Source: an uncultured Pelagibacteraceae bacterium (GTDB lineage: Bacteria > Pseudomonadota > Alphaproteobacteria > Pelagibacterales > AG-422-B15). Taken from it: DNA of 64,000 nt. Under the pieces are notes generated by a model. It searched no databases, was not told the DNA's origin, and saw nothing but the letters and a program-made list of their open reading frames with translations. The stretch is taken from the NCBI GenBank assembly GCA_902624455.1, contig CACNXQ010000001.1:77828-141827 (forward strand). Direction: 5' to 3'. Within the stretch, counting starts at the first letter, position 1. Each line of letters begins with the position of its first letter. Of the stretch, positions 20,692 to 30,343 are shown one piece after another. Both the position numbers and the translations under genes were made by a program.

Positions 20692-20962
20692 GTGTATAAC
20701 ATTCTAATAAAAAGTCTTTGTTTTAGGAACAGTTCCTTTGTGGGCCTTTCTCAACATAATTAAGCTAACTTATTATAACATCTTAGCCTTTTGTCCACCT
20801 GTGAGTAAAGCCGCAACACTTATTAAGTGTTTTGGTATAACGGCTGTTTTGTTATTAAAAACAAGCTCAAAATAAATATTTCGTTGTGGGTATTTATTGG
20901 GTTTCTGATATATACACATGACCACAGGAACATAAACAACAACAATATATATATTTATATTA
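20692..20962. other. oriC: Candidate chromosomal replication origin (oriC) in the maf|hemE divergent spacer
   Basis: Longest non-coding gap in the window. DnaA-box-like 9-mers TTGTCCACC (20791-20799), TGTGGGTAT (20885-20893) and ATGACCACA (20918-20926). Palindrome AGGAAC-A-GTTCCT (20725-20737). A/T-only tract 20944-20964. hemE-adjacent position and parS/parAB about 9 kb away. Confidence 0.55.
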
Positions 20963-21958
20963 ATGAAGTTATTAGAAGCACTTAATGGTAATAAAAACGT
21001 TAAGCCTGTATGGCTTATGAGACAGGCAGGTAGACACCTGCCTGAATATAGAAAACTTAGAGAGAAGTCCAGAAGCCTTATGGATATGTTTCTTGATGAC
21101 GAAGTGATCAGTCGGGTAACTCTTCATCCAGTAGATCGATACGGAGTTGATGCTGCAATCCTTTTTTCAGATATATTGATGATACCATATTCACTAGGAT
21201 CTGATCTTAGTTTCCAAGAAGGAGGAATAGGTCCTGTCGTGAAATTTGTAAAGTTAGATAGAAACTTAAAACAAGACCTTAATTTATTAAAACCAGTGTT
21301 TAACGGCATTACTAAAATTAAAAAAGAGACTGAGAATAAAATCCCACTGATTGGTTTTATAGGTGGGGTGTGGACCACAATTTATTTCTCAATATTCAAT
21401 AAAGACGAAAGGAACAACATAAACCAAGATTTAATTGTTAGTAAAGAACATGAAATACAAAATCTCATTGAGGTTTTTACTGGTGCGTCAATAAATTATG
21501 CACTAGAACAAATCAATCTCGGAGTAAATGCTTTTCAAATATTTGAATCAGCAGCAGGCGTTTTAACTGATGAACAGATCGAAACCTGGTGTCTTAAACC
21601 GACTCAACAAATATTAAGCGCAATAAACAATAAAGTTCCAGTTATAAGTTTTCCAAGGGGAGCTTCTCTTAATTCATATATAAAATTTTCGAATTTAAAA
21701 AAGCTGTCCGCTATATCCCTTGATGAAAAATTTTCACTAGACAACATTGGACGCCTTAATCAAAACATTACTTTCCAAGGAAACCTGGATCCAAAAATTC
21801 TTTTAAAAGATAAAGAAACCGCTCTATCAAAAACCGAAGACATTTTACTTGCTTTCAGAGATTATCCTCATATTTTTAATCTTGGCCACGGCGTTTTGCC
21901 GACCACGCCCGTCGAGAATGTCGAGGCAATGATAAACAAAATTAGGAACTTTAAATGA
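20963..21958 (+). CDS. hemE: Uroporphyrinogen decarboxylase
   Basis: PVWLMRQAGRHLPEYR signature; 331 aa. Confidence 0.95.
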   Translation: MKLLEALNGNKNVKPVWLMRQAGRHLPEYRKLREKSRSLMDMFLDDEVISRVTLHPVDRYGVDAAILFSDILMIPYSLGSDLSFQEGGIGPVVKFVKLDRNLKQDLNLLKPVFNGITKIKKETENKIPLIGFIGGVWTTIYFSIFNKDERNNINQDLIVSKEHEIQNLIEVFTGASINYALEQINLGVNAFQIFESAAGVLTDEQIETWCLKPTQQILSAINNKVPVISFPRGASLNSYIKFSNLKKLSAISLDEKFSLDNIGRLNQNITFQGNLDPKILLKDKETALSKTEDILLAFRDYPHIFNLGHGVLPTTPVENVEAMINKIRNFK

Positions 21959-22959
21959 AGTTTGTTGGAAGCAAGATTACTGAGAAAGACATTGGAGGTA
22001 AAGTTGGTGTATTAGTTTGTAACTTAGGTACGCCAGAAAGCTTTGGATATTGGGATGTTAGAAGGTTCTTAGCTCAGTTTTTGTCTGATGTTAGAGTAAT
22101 TGAGATACCCAAGGTGATATGGTGGTTTATTCTTCAGATTGCCATTTTAAGCTTACGACCCTTTAAATCAGGGGCGCTCTATAAGTCTGTTTGGACAAAA
22201 AAAGGATCTCCATTGATGATTTATTCTAAAAGACTGGTCAACAAGCTAAAGAAACAAAGCAAAGGCAAACAAGAATACGCGCTTGCAATGAGATACGGAA
22301 AGCCTGAAGTCGATAAGGCCCTCTTGGAATTAAAAAATAAGGGCTGTGACAAATTAATTATTATTCCAACGTTTCCTCAATATTCGGGCACCACAAGCGC
22401 CAGCGTTTTTGATGCGGTGGCCGACACATTAAAAAGGTGGAGATGGGTACCCAGCATAAAATTCGTAAACGGTTATCACAGCAACGAAAAATACATTTCC
22501 GCACTTGCAGACTCTTTAAAGCCATCAATTAAAAAACACAAACCACAAAAAATTGTTTTTACTTATCATGGCATACCAAAAAGAAACTTTGATCTCGGTG
22601 ACCCTTATTATTTCTTTTGTCATGAAACCACCAAGTTTGTTGCAAAAAAACTCAAATTAAAAAAGAGCCAATATCTGACAACATTTCAATCCAGATTCGG
22701 ACCCGCCGAATGGTTGAAGCCGTATACTAGTGATAAAATGGAAGAGCTTCCTACGAAAGGTATAAAAAACATTGTTGTTATAGCCCCTGGATTTAGTGCC
22801 GACTGCTTGGAGACCATTGAAGAAATTGATGAAGAGAACAAGGAAATATTTATAGAAGCTGGTGGACAAAAATATAACTACGTTGAATGCCTGAATGACT
22901 CGAACAGTCATGTAAAAATTTTTCAGGACATCGTGAAGAAACAATCAACCAGTTGGTAA
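21955..22959 (+). CDS. hemH: Ferrochelatase
   Basis: GVLVCNLGTPES, PQYSGTTSAS, FTYHGIP, FQSRFGP..WLKPYT. Confidence 0.95.
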   Translation: MKFVGSKITEKDIGGKVGVLVCNLGTPESFGYWDVRRFLAQFLSDVRVIEIPKVIWWFILQIAILSLRPFKSGALYKSVWTKKGSPLMIYSKRLVNKLKKQSKGKQEYALAMRYGKPEVDKALLELKNKGCDKLIIIPTFPQYSGTTSASVFDAVADTLKRWRWVPSIKFVNGYHSNEKYISALADSLKPSIKKHKPQKIVFTYHGIPKRNFDLGDPYYFFCHETTKFVAKKLKLKKSQYLTTFQSRFGPAEWLKPYTSDKMEELPTKGIKNIVVIAPGFSADCLETIEEIDEENKEIFIEAGGQKYNYVECLNDSNSHVKIFQDIVKKQSTSW

Positions 22960-22962
22960 AAA

Positions 22963-23484
22963 ATGAAAAGTTTTTTATTGATATATTCTACCGTTGATGG
23001 TCACACTAAAAATATTTCCAAGGAAATCGGATCACACATTAAAGAAAACTTTGATGTAACCATAATGAGTATTGATGAGGTTACTCAAAAAACACTTATC
23101 GACCACGATAGAGTCTTAATAGGGGCAAGCATAAGATATGGAAAATATCGAGCCAATGTTTTTAAGTTCATAAAAGAAAACATTAATATTCTCAGAGATA
23201 AGTCAGCAGCCTTTTTTTCGGTTAACGTCGTTGCAAGAAAAAAAGAAAAAAATCTACCCGAAACCAATCCATACATTATAAAGTTTCTGAAAAAAACCCA
23301 GTGGGTGCCAAGCTACATTGGTGTCTTTGCGGGAAAAGTTGAGTACCCTAAATACGGCTTTTTTGATAAACACACTATTAGATTTATAATGTGGCTTACA
23401 AAGGGTCCAACAGATATAACGCAAAGTTACGAATTTACCGATTGGAAGGCAGTTGAGAGCTTTTCATCACTAATATCAAGTTAA
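22963..23484 (+). CDS. hemG: Flavodoxin-like (HemG-type) protoporphyrinogen IX dehydrogenase
   Basis: End-to-end resemblance to E. coli HemG as I recall it: LIYSTVDGHTKNIS, VLIGASIRYGKY, FFSVNVVARKKEK (the HemG-specific long loop), YEFTDW. Confidence 0.85.
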   Translation: MKSFLLIYSTVDGHTKNISKEIGSHIKENFDVTIMSIDEVTQKTLIDHDRVLIGASIRYGKYRANVFKFIKENINILRDKSAAFFSVNVVARKKEKNLPETNPYIIKFLKKTQWVPSYIGVFAGKVEYPKYGFFDKHTIRFIMWLTKGPTDITQSYEFTDWKAVESFSSLISS

Positions 23485-23628
23485 ATCAATTACTTATACG
23501 AATAACACCTGTATTTCTTTATTCAATTATTTAATGGTTGATAATTAATAAGATACAAGATAAATAATAGCCTCTACTGAAAATCTCCCTTACGTATTTC
23601 TCCAACAACACATCAACAAAACATAATT

Positions 23629-24891
23629 ATGAAGAATCTAAAACTTAAAGAACTTAAAATCAAAACACCTCAAGAGCTATTGAAGTATGCAGAGGATCTT
23701 GGCGTTGAAAACGCTAGTTCTATGCGTACGCAAGACATGCTTTTCTCAATCTTAAAAACTCTTGCTGAAGACAATAAAGACATCGAAGGTGAGGGTGTTC
23801 TAGAGGTTTTACAAGATGGGTTTGGTTTTTTAAGATCAATGGAAGCTAATTACTTACCAGGACCTGATGATATTTATGTAAGTCCAAGTCAGATTAAAAG
23901 ATTTGGATTGAGATCAGGAGATACCGTAGAAGGACCTATTAGAGCACCCAAAGAAGGTGAGCGCTATTTTGCTTTATTGAAAATTGAATCGATCAATTAT
24001 GAACCAACGGACAAAAGCCGTAACAAAATAAATTTTGATAACTTGACACCATTATATCCTGATGAACAAATCAGACTTGAAACGGAAAAACCATCAAAAG
24101 ATCAAAGTTCAAGAGTTATTGACCTTGTTGCTCCAATTGGAAAAGGACAAAGAGCTTTAATCGTATCACCTCCAAGAACAGGCAAAACAGTTTTACTGCA
24201 AAATATTGCACACTCAATTACTGATAATCATCCTGAGTGTTATTTAATGGTTCTCTTAATTGATGAGAGACCAGAGGAAGTGACTGACATGCAAAGGTCC
24301 GTAAAAGGTGAAGTAGTGAGTTCAACGTTTGATGAGCCAGCTTCACGTCACGTACAGGTTGCAGAAATGGTTATAGAAAAAGCAAAAAGATTAGTCGAAC
24401 ACAAAAAGGACGTTGTCATATTATTGGACTCCATCACTCGACTAGGGCGAGCTTACAATACAGTTGTTCCAAGTTCTGGAAAGGTTTTAACCGGCGGTGT
24501 TGATGCAAATGCTTTACAAAGACCTAAAAGATTTTTTGGAGCAGCAAGAAATATCGAAGATGGCGGATCACTCACTATTATTTCGACTGCATTAATTGAT
24601 ACTGGAAGTCGAATGGATGAAGTTATTTTTGAGGAATTCAAAGGAACTGGTAACTCTGAAATCATACTGGATAGAAAAGTTGCAGATAAAAGAATTTACC
24701 CTGCAATCGATATAACCAAGTCTGGTACTCGAAAAGAAGAAATCTTGCTTGCTAATGATGAGCTTCAAAAAATGTATGTTTTGAGGCGTATTCTTAACCC
24801 AATGGGTACAATGGACTCTATAGAATTCTTATTAGGTAAACTGAAAGAAACAAAAGATAACGCAGATTTCTTCCAATCAATGAATAAGTAG
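23629..24891 (+). CDS. rho: Transcription termination factor Rho
   Basis: N-terminal [16 protein letters not shown]-binding GFGFLR, Walker [18 protein letters not shown]. Confidence 0.98.
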   Translation: MKNLKLKELKIKTPQELLKYAEDLGVENASSMRTQDMLFSILKTLAEDNKDIEGEGVLEVLQDGFGFLRSMEANYLPGPDDIYVSPSQIKRFGLRSGDTVEGPIRAPKEGERYFALLKIESINYEPTDKSRNKINFDNLTPLYPDEQIRLETEKPSKDQSSRVIDLVAPIGKGQRALIVSPPRTGKTVLLQNIAHSITDNHPECYLMVLLIDERPEEVTDMQRSVKGEVVSSTFDEPASRHVQVAEMVIEKAKRLVEHKKDVVILLDSITRLGRAYNTVVPSSGKVLTGGVDANALQRPKRFFGAARNIEDGGSLTIISTALIDTGSRMDEVIFEEFKGTGNSEIILDRKVADKRIYPAIDITKSGTRKEEILLANDELQKMYVLRRILNPMGTMDSIEFLLGKLKETKDNADFFQSMNK

Positions 24892-24903
24892 CCTTTCTAC
24901 TAA

Positions 24904-25443
24904 TTATCCCTCAGCCTCTAGAATTGAAGAAAGCTTATATTTTTCCCCTAATTTTTGAGACCCTCCAATATTTTTAAGATCAATTATAAAAAAAAACTCA
25001 ATAGACCTAACTTTACATTTGTTTATTAAATTTGCAGATGCAAATGCAGTGCCTCCAGTTGCGATTAAGTCATCAATAACCAGAACCTTATCTTTTTCAT
25101 TTATGGAGTTTCTGTGAATTTGTATTTCATCCGTTCCATACTCCAGTTTATATTTTTGCTTAAGTACTTTTCCAGGAAGTTTTCCTTTTTTTCTAATAGG
25201 AACAAAAGGGATTTCAGTCTTATATGAAACTGCTGAGCCAAAAATAAACCCACGGGCTTCTACTGCTGCAATTTTTGTAAATTTATTCTTTTTTACATAT
25301 TTTGAAATTTCATCGACGACTTCTTTAAAAAGTAATTTATTGTCTGTAATTGATGTTATGTCCTGAAACAGAATTCCCTTTTTAGGAAAATCAGGGATCA
25401 CTCTGATATTTCTTTTTAATTTATTTTTTAATTTTTTGTTCAA
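24904..25443 (-). CDS. apt: Adenine phosphoribosyltransferase
   Basis: IRVIPDFPKKGILFQDIT and PRPP motif VLVIDDLIATGGTA. Confidence 0.93.
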   Translation of the reverse strand: MNKKLKNKLKRNIRVIPDFPKKGILFQDITSITDNKLLFKEVVDEISKYVKKNKFTKIAAVEARGFIFGSAVSYKTEIPFVPIRKKGKLPGKVLKQKYKLEYGTDEIQIHRNSINEKDKVLVIDDLIATGGTAFASANLINKCKVRSIEFFFIIDLKNIGGSQKLGEKYKLSSILEAEG

Positions 25444-25876
25444 CGTTCAGTAATCTTTTCTTTGTTTTTATTCCACCAACAGATGTGAATCCTGTCAACT
25501 TACCATCTTTTGAAACCACTCTATGGCATGGAACGGACATCATGAGATTATTTCGACCCAAAGCACCACCAACTGCTCGAGGTGATGTCTTGAGATTTTT
25601 TGCAATTTGGCCATAGCTAGTAGTTCGACCATATGGAACTCTTCTTAAATAATTCCAAACTCTGTTTTGAAATTTGGTTCCTATTTGTTTTGTAGGGAAA
25701 GATAGAGATCGTCTTCGACGCGCTAAATATTGATTTATTTGAAGAGCAGCACGTAACAAGAGCTTATCTTTTGTTTTGGTTGGTTTTTTTCTTGAGCGGT
25801 GAATACTGATTATTCTCTCTTTGCTTGAAACAACTTCAATATTTCCAATCATTGATTTGAAAATGTAGCTACTCAT
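25421..25876 (-). CDS. ogt: Methylated-DNA--protein-cysteine methyltransferase
   Basis: VPYGRTTSYGQIA and active-site PCHRVV. Its 3' end overlaps the apt start by 23 nt. Confidence 0.85.
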   Translation of the reverse strand: MSSYIFKSMIGNIEVVSSKERIISIHRSRKKPTKTKDKLLLRAALQINQYLARRRRSLSFPTKQIGTKFQNRVWNYLRRVPYGRTTSYGQIAKNLKTSPRAVGGALGRNNLMMSVPCHRVVSKDGKLTGFTSVGGIKTKKRLLNVEQKIKK

Positions 25877-25897
25877 GTATACATTAGGTTAGTATAT

Positions 25898-26455
25898 ATG
25901 GACGCACTAGAAAATATTATTTTAAGAAATTCTCCAAGAAAATTGACATTACCAATGCCATCTGAGGATCAAATGAAGTTAGTTTATAAAGCGGCCTTAA
26001 GGGCTCCAGACCATGCGTGGTTAAGGCCTTCAAGATTTATTCAAGTTACAGGAGATGGAATTACAAAATTATCTGATATTTTTGTCAATTTTGCCAAAGA
26101 GAAACTTAAAGAGGAAGATGAGCAGAAGTTAGAAAAATATAAAAATGCTCCCTTCAGAGCACCAATGATCATTATTTTGGTTTCTCATATTCAAGATCAT
26201 CCTAAAGTCCCTGAAATAGAACAGGTCATGTCTACGGCAGCAGCGGCACAAAATATCTTATTAGCTTTAAAAGCAATTAACTTTGCGGGCATGTGGCGTA
26301 CTGGAGCTTTTTCACTAAACAATGATATTACAAAATACCTCGGTTTAGACGAGGATCATAGAGTTTTGGGCTATCTTTATGTAGGTACTCCTGATGGACC
26401 AGATAAAAAAATTCCTGAATTAGATTTAGATGACTTTATAACTAAATGGGAATAA
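25898..26455 (+). CDS. NAD(P)H nitroreductase family protein (YdjA-like)
   Basis: RNSPRKL..P...Q...V.KAALRAPDH pattern and 185-aa size of the nitroreductase fold. Confidence 0.72.
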   Translation: MDALENIILRNSPRKLTLPMPSEDQMKLVYKAALRAPDHAWLRPSRFIQVTGDGITKLSDIFVNFAKEKLKEEDEQKLEKYKNAPFRAPMIIILVSHIQDHPKVPEIEQVMSTAAAAQNILLALKAINFAGMWRTGAFSLNNDITKYLGLDEDHRVLGYLYVGTPDGPDKKIPELDLDDFITKWE

Positions 26456-26482
26456 TCATTTAATCTGAATTTTAGATAAATT

Positions 26483-27781
26483 ATGACGATATATGCACTA
26501 TCAACTGCTCATGGTGTTTCAGGACTTGCTGTCATTAGGGTCTCTGGTCATTTAGCTTTAACAGCTTTGAAAACTTTAACTAGAAAAAGTCATTTCGAAG
26601 CAAGCGTTATGACGCGAGCAGATTTTCACGAACCAGAAAGTGGGAGACTTATCGATAAAGGACTTTGTGTTTATTTTGCGAAACCAAAAAGTTTTACTGG
26701 AGAAGATGTTGTAGAAATCCATGTGCATGGCAGTCAAATAGTCATTGACAAGATTTTACATTCCCTTGGAACAATACAAAATGTTCGTATGGCGGAACCA
26801 GGTGAGTTTTCGAAACAGGCTTTTTTAAATAACAAAATGGATCTTACTGCTATTGAAGCAATGGGTGATCTTATAAATGCACAGACAGAAGCTCAATTAG
26901 AAAATGCACTCAGTCAAATGGGTGGCAACTTAAGTAAGTTGTATTTGTCATGGAGAAAAACTCTTATAGAGCTTGTTGCATATCTTGAGGCCAATATTGA
27001 TTTTGCTGAAGAGGATATTCCTGATGACATTTTAAATAATATCCATTCTAAAATTGATAAATTAATAACCGAAATGAATGAGCACCTTAGTCAAAAAAAT
27101 CAAGGTGAGATTCTGAGAGATGGTTATAAAGTTGTAATAGTAGGAGAACCCAATGTTGGCAAATCAAGCTTATTGAATTTATTAGCTGATAGAGATATCG
27201 CCATTGTATCAGATCAAGCTGGAACAACTCGAGATGCACTCGAATGCCGTCTGAATATTGCTGGTTTTCCAGTGTTAATTACCGATACGGCTGGACTACG
27301 AGAGTCAGATAACGAAATTGAAATGAAAGGAATAGAGATTACTAAAAAGAAAATTCAGGAAAGTCAACTTGTCATTGAAATGTTTGACGATCCTAAAAAA
27401 ATACATTCAAACAATACAAGTCTAAAAGTCTTAAATAAATCCGACTTACATAATGGACTAAATGAAGATAATGAAATTATAAACATTTCAGTTATTAGAA
27501 ACGAAGGAATAGATAAAATTATCAATTCAATCTCTGAAAACATTCAAAAAAATTATGACCGTAACCAAAATACTATTCCTACTAAAACAAGATATATTTT
27601 AGGAATTCAAAACTCTATAAACAGTCTAGAAAAATCTAAAAACATAAATCCTATAACTCATTCAGAGCTTATGGTCGAGGAATTGAGATATGCAATTAAC
27701 GAAGTAGGAAGAATTACAGGTCACGTTGATGTCGAAGATTTTTTAGATGTTATTTTCAAAGATTTTTGCATCGGTAAATAA
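26483..27781 (+). CDS. mnmE: tRNA modification GTPase MnmE
   Basis: TIYALST..G.SGLAVIRVSG, G1 GEPNVGKSSLLN, DTAGLR, C-terminal CIGK. Confidence 0.95.
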   Translation: MTIYALSTAHGVSGLAVIRVSGHLALTALKTLTRKSHFEASVMTRADFHEPESGRLIDKGLCVYFAKPKSFTGEDVVEIHVHGSQIVIDKILHSLGTIQNVRMAEPGEFSKQAFLNNKMDLTAIEAMGDLINAQTEAQLENALSQMGGNLSKLYLSWRKTLIELVAYLEANIDFAEEDIPDDILNNIHSKIDKLITEMNEHLSQKNQGEILRDGYKVVIVGEPNVGKSSLLNLLADRDIAIVSDQAGTTRDALECRLNIAGFPVLITDTAGLRESDNEIEMKGIEITKKKIQESQLVIEMFDDPKKIHSNNTSLKVLNKSDLHNGLNEDNEIINISVIRNEGIDKIINSISENIQKNYDRNQNTIPTKTRYILGIQNSINSLEKSKNINPITHSELMVEELRYAINEVGRITGHVDVEDFLDVIFKDFCIGK

Positions 27782-27829
27782 ATAATTTATCGATTGCTTT
27801 TCCCCTAAGTTAATTTAATTAACATTATC

Positions 27830-29707
27830 ATGTCTGATAATGATTATGATGTTGTAGTTGTAGGCGGTGGTCATGCGGGATGTGAAGCTGCCACAACATC
27901 TGCACGAATGGGCGCAAAAACCCTACTTATAAGCCATAAATTTGAGACAATCGGTGAAATGTCATGTAATCCAGCAATTGGAGGGTTGGGTAAAGGTCAT
28001 CTTGTTAGAGAAATAGATGCTCTTGATGGAATCATGGGAAGAATTTCCGATCTCTCTGCAATTCAATATAGATTACTTAACAGAACTAAAGGACCAGCAG
28101 TACGTGGTCCGAGAACTCAATCTGATAGAAAACTATATAAAAAACACATGCAGGACGAAATACTCAACACAAAAAATTTAGAGTGTTTGTTTGATCCAGT
28201 TGAGGATCTTATATTTGGCTCAAACAATGATATATCGGGTGTTGTTTGCCAAAGTGGTAAAACGATTAAAACTTCTAAAGTTATTATTACAACTGGAACT
28301 TTTTTAAATGGTTTGATTCACGTTGGAGATAAAACTATTCCTGCTGGAAGACATGGTGACAAACCAGCCATAGGACTTGCTAATTCACTTTACAAAGCAA
28401 ATTTTAAAATAGGACGTTTAAAAACCGGCACTCCTGCGCGATTAGATAAAAATACAATCGATTTTGAAAAATTAGAAAAGCAGGATGCCGATACTTCTCA
28501 CTCATATTTTTCTTTTTTAACGAAAAAAACACATAATGAGCAAATACCATGTCACATTACATTTACCAATCAGGATGTTCATGACATTATTCAAAAAAAC
28601 ATAAATAAATCAGCTATTTACTCGGGTCAAATCGGCGGAACCGGACCTAGATACTGTCCTTCAGTTGAGGATAAAGTAGTTAGATTTGAGGACAAAACTA
28701 GACACCAAATCTTTTTAGAGCCGGAGGGACTAGACAGCAATTTGATTTATCCAAATGGTATTTCAACATCATTGCCTGCTGATATACAAGATAAATTTAT
28801 AAGTAAAATCAATGGTTTAGAGAATGTTAAGATCATTAGACACGGGTATGCTATAGAGTACGATTTCATTGATCCACAGGAGCTTTATCAAACTTTAGAA
28901 ACAAAGAGAATTAAAGGACTTTATTTAGCTGGGCAAATAAACGGAACTACAGGATATGAAGAAGCTGCGGCTCAAGGTCTGGTAGCTGGTATGAATGCAG
29001 CATTATCTTTTTCCGGTAAAGAGCAGGTTTTCAAACGAAATGAATCTTATATTGGTGTAATGATTGACGATTTAACGCTCAAAGGAGTTACCGAGCCTTA
29101 TAGAATGTTTACATCAAGAGCAGAATACAGGCTTACATTAAGATCAGATAATGCTGATCTAAGGTTAACACCTTTAGCAATCGAATTTGACATGACATCA
29201 AATGAGAGAAAAGTTGCTTTTGAAAGAAAGAAATTGAAATTAGATGAATTAAATAAAATTATTAAAAATCAATATGTTACACCAAGTGAAGCAAATAAAT
29301 TAGGCTTAAAAATTAATCAAGATGGTAAAAAAAGATCTGCATTTGAACTATTATCTTATCCAAATATTGATTTGAAAAAAATATATGAGGTATTTTCTAT
29401 TGATGGTCTTGAGCAAATTGAGGATGATATTATAGAACAAGTGTCGATTGAGGCACATTACAAAGGATATTTGAAGAAACAAGAGAGTGAGATTTTATCT
29501 CTAAATAAAGACGAAAAAGTTAATATACCAAGAGATATTGACTATAGTGAATTTCCTAGTCTTTCCAACGAAATTAAAGAAAAACTATCTAAAATCAGGC
29601 CCGAAACCCTGGGCCAAGCTTCAAGAATTGATGGTGTAACTCCAGCAGCGTTAAGTTTCATTCTAGCCTATATAAAAACAAGAGCAAAAAGTCAAAAATT
29701 AGCTTAA
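27830..29707 (+). CDS. mnmG: tRNA uridine 5-carboxymethylaminomethyl modification enzyme MnmG
   Basis: [38 protein letters not shown]. Confidence 0.98.
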   Translation: MSDNDYDVVVVGGGHAGCEAATTSARMGAKTLLISHKFETIGEMSCNPAIGGLGKGHLVREIDALDGIMGRISDLSAIQYRLLNRTKGPAVRGPRTQSDRKLYKKHMQDEILNTKNLECLFDPVEDLIFGSNNDISGVVCQSGKTIKTSKVIITTGTFLNGLIHVGDKTIPAGRHGDKPAIGLANSLYKANFKIGRLKTGTPARLDKNTIDFEKLEKQDADTSHSYFSFLTKKTHNEQIPCHITFTNQDVHDIIQKNINKSAIYSGQIGGTGPRYCPSVEDKVVRFEDKTRHQIFLEPEGLDSNLIYPNGISTSLPADIQDKFISKINGLENVKIIRHGYAIEYDFIDPQELYQTLETKRIKGLYLAGQINGTTGYEEAAAQGLVAGMNAALSFSGKEQVFKRNESYIGVMIDDLTLKGVTEPYRMFTSRAEYRLTLRSDNADLRLTPLAIEFDMTSNERKVAFERKKLKLDELNKIIKNQYVTPSEANKLGLKINQDGKKRSAFELLSYPNIDLKKIYEVFSIDGLEQIEDDIIEQVSIEAHYKGYLKKQESEILSLNKDEKVNIPRDIDYSEFPSLSNEIKEKLSKIRPETLGQASRIDGVTPAALSFILAYIKTRAKSQKLA

Positions 29708-29719
29708 AGTCCATCTTGT

Positions 29720-30343
29720 ATGGAGGACTCTAGTGATTCTTTTTCTAAATTAAATACTAATGTTTCACGTGAAACATTGCTTCTATTTCATAAATACCGT
29801 GATCTCATTATCAATGAAAAACAAAGCCTCATATCAAAAAATGACCAAAAACATATATGGATTAGGCATTTTCACGATTCTTTAAGACTCTTAAATTTCA
29901 TTGAGTTGAGTGATTTAAATATTATTGATATCGGAAGTGGGGCTGGGCTTCCTGGTATACCTTTAGCTCTCGTATCAAATCAAAAAAATTATTATTATTT
30001 ATGTGAAAATCGAAGAAAAAGAGCCAATTTTTTAAATGAAGTCATAAGTCAACTCTCTATTAAAAATGCAGAGGTGATTCACTCTAAAGTGGAGCAAATA
30101 AATTATCCACAGTTTGATGTAGTTTTAGCAAGAGCAGTTGCAGAATTAAATGATTTATTTTCAATGAGTTACAATATTATAAAAAAAAGTAGTACCTTAC
30201 TTTTCCACAAAGGTGTACATATAGATACTGAATTAAAGAAGGCTACTAAATATTGGACATTCGATTATTCATTGCATGAAAGTACAATAGAAAAGGGATC
30301 ATATATAATAGAGGTAAAAAATCTAATAAAATCAATATCTTAA
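29720..30343 (+). CDS. rsmG: 16S rRNA (guanine527-N7)-methyltransferase RsmG
   Basis: VSRET N-terminal motif and SAM motif DIGSGAGLPGIPLA. Confidence 0.9.
   Translation: MEDSSDSFSKLNTNVSRETLLLFHKYRDLIINEKQSLISKNDQKHIWIRHFHDSLRLLNFIELSDLNIIDIGSGAGLPGIPLALVSNQKNYYYLCENRRKRANFLNEVISQLSIKNAEVIHSKVEQINYPQFDVVLARAVAELNDLFSMSYNIIKKSSTLLFHKGVHIDTELKKATKYWTFDYSLHESTIEKGSYIIEVKNLIKSIS
29761..29776. other. parS: parS centromere-like site (perfect palindrome TGTTTCACGTGAAACA)
   Basis: Exact 16/16 match to the canonical ParB-binding parS consensus. Embedded in rsmG codons for N-V-S-R-E-T, about 570 nt upstream of parA. Confidence 0.85.

Noticed and set aside
20761-20860. Searched the candidate origin for CtrA boxes (TTAA-N7-TTAA).
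   Set aside because: Only half-matches were found, such as TTAAGCTAACTTATT and TTAAGTGTTTTGGTA. No full site is present, so no claim of CtrA control is made.
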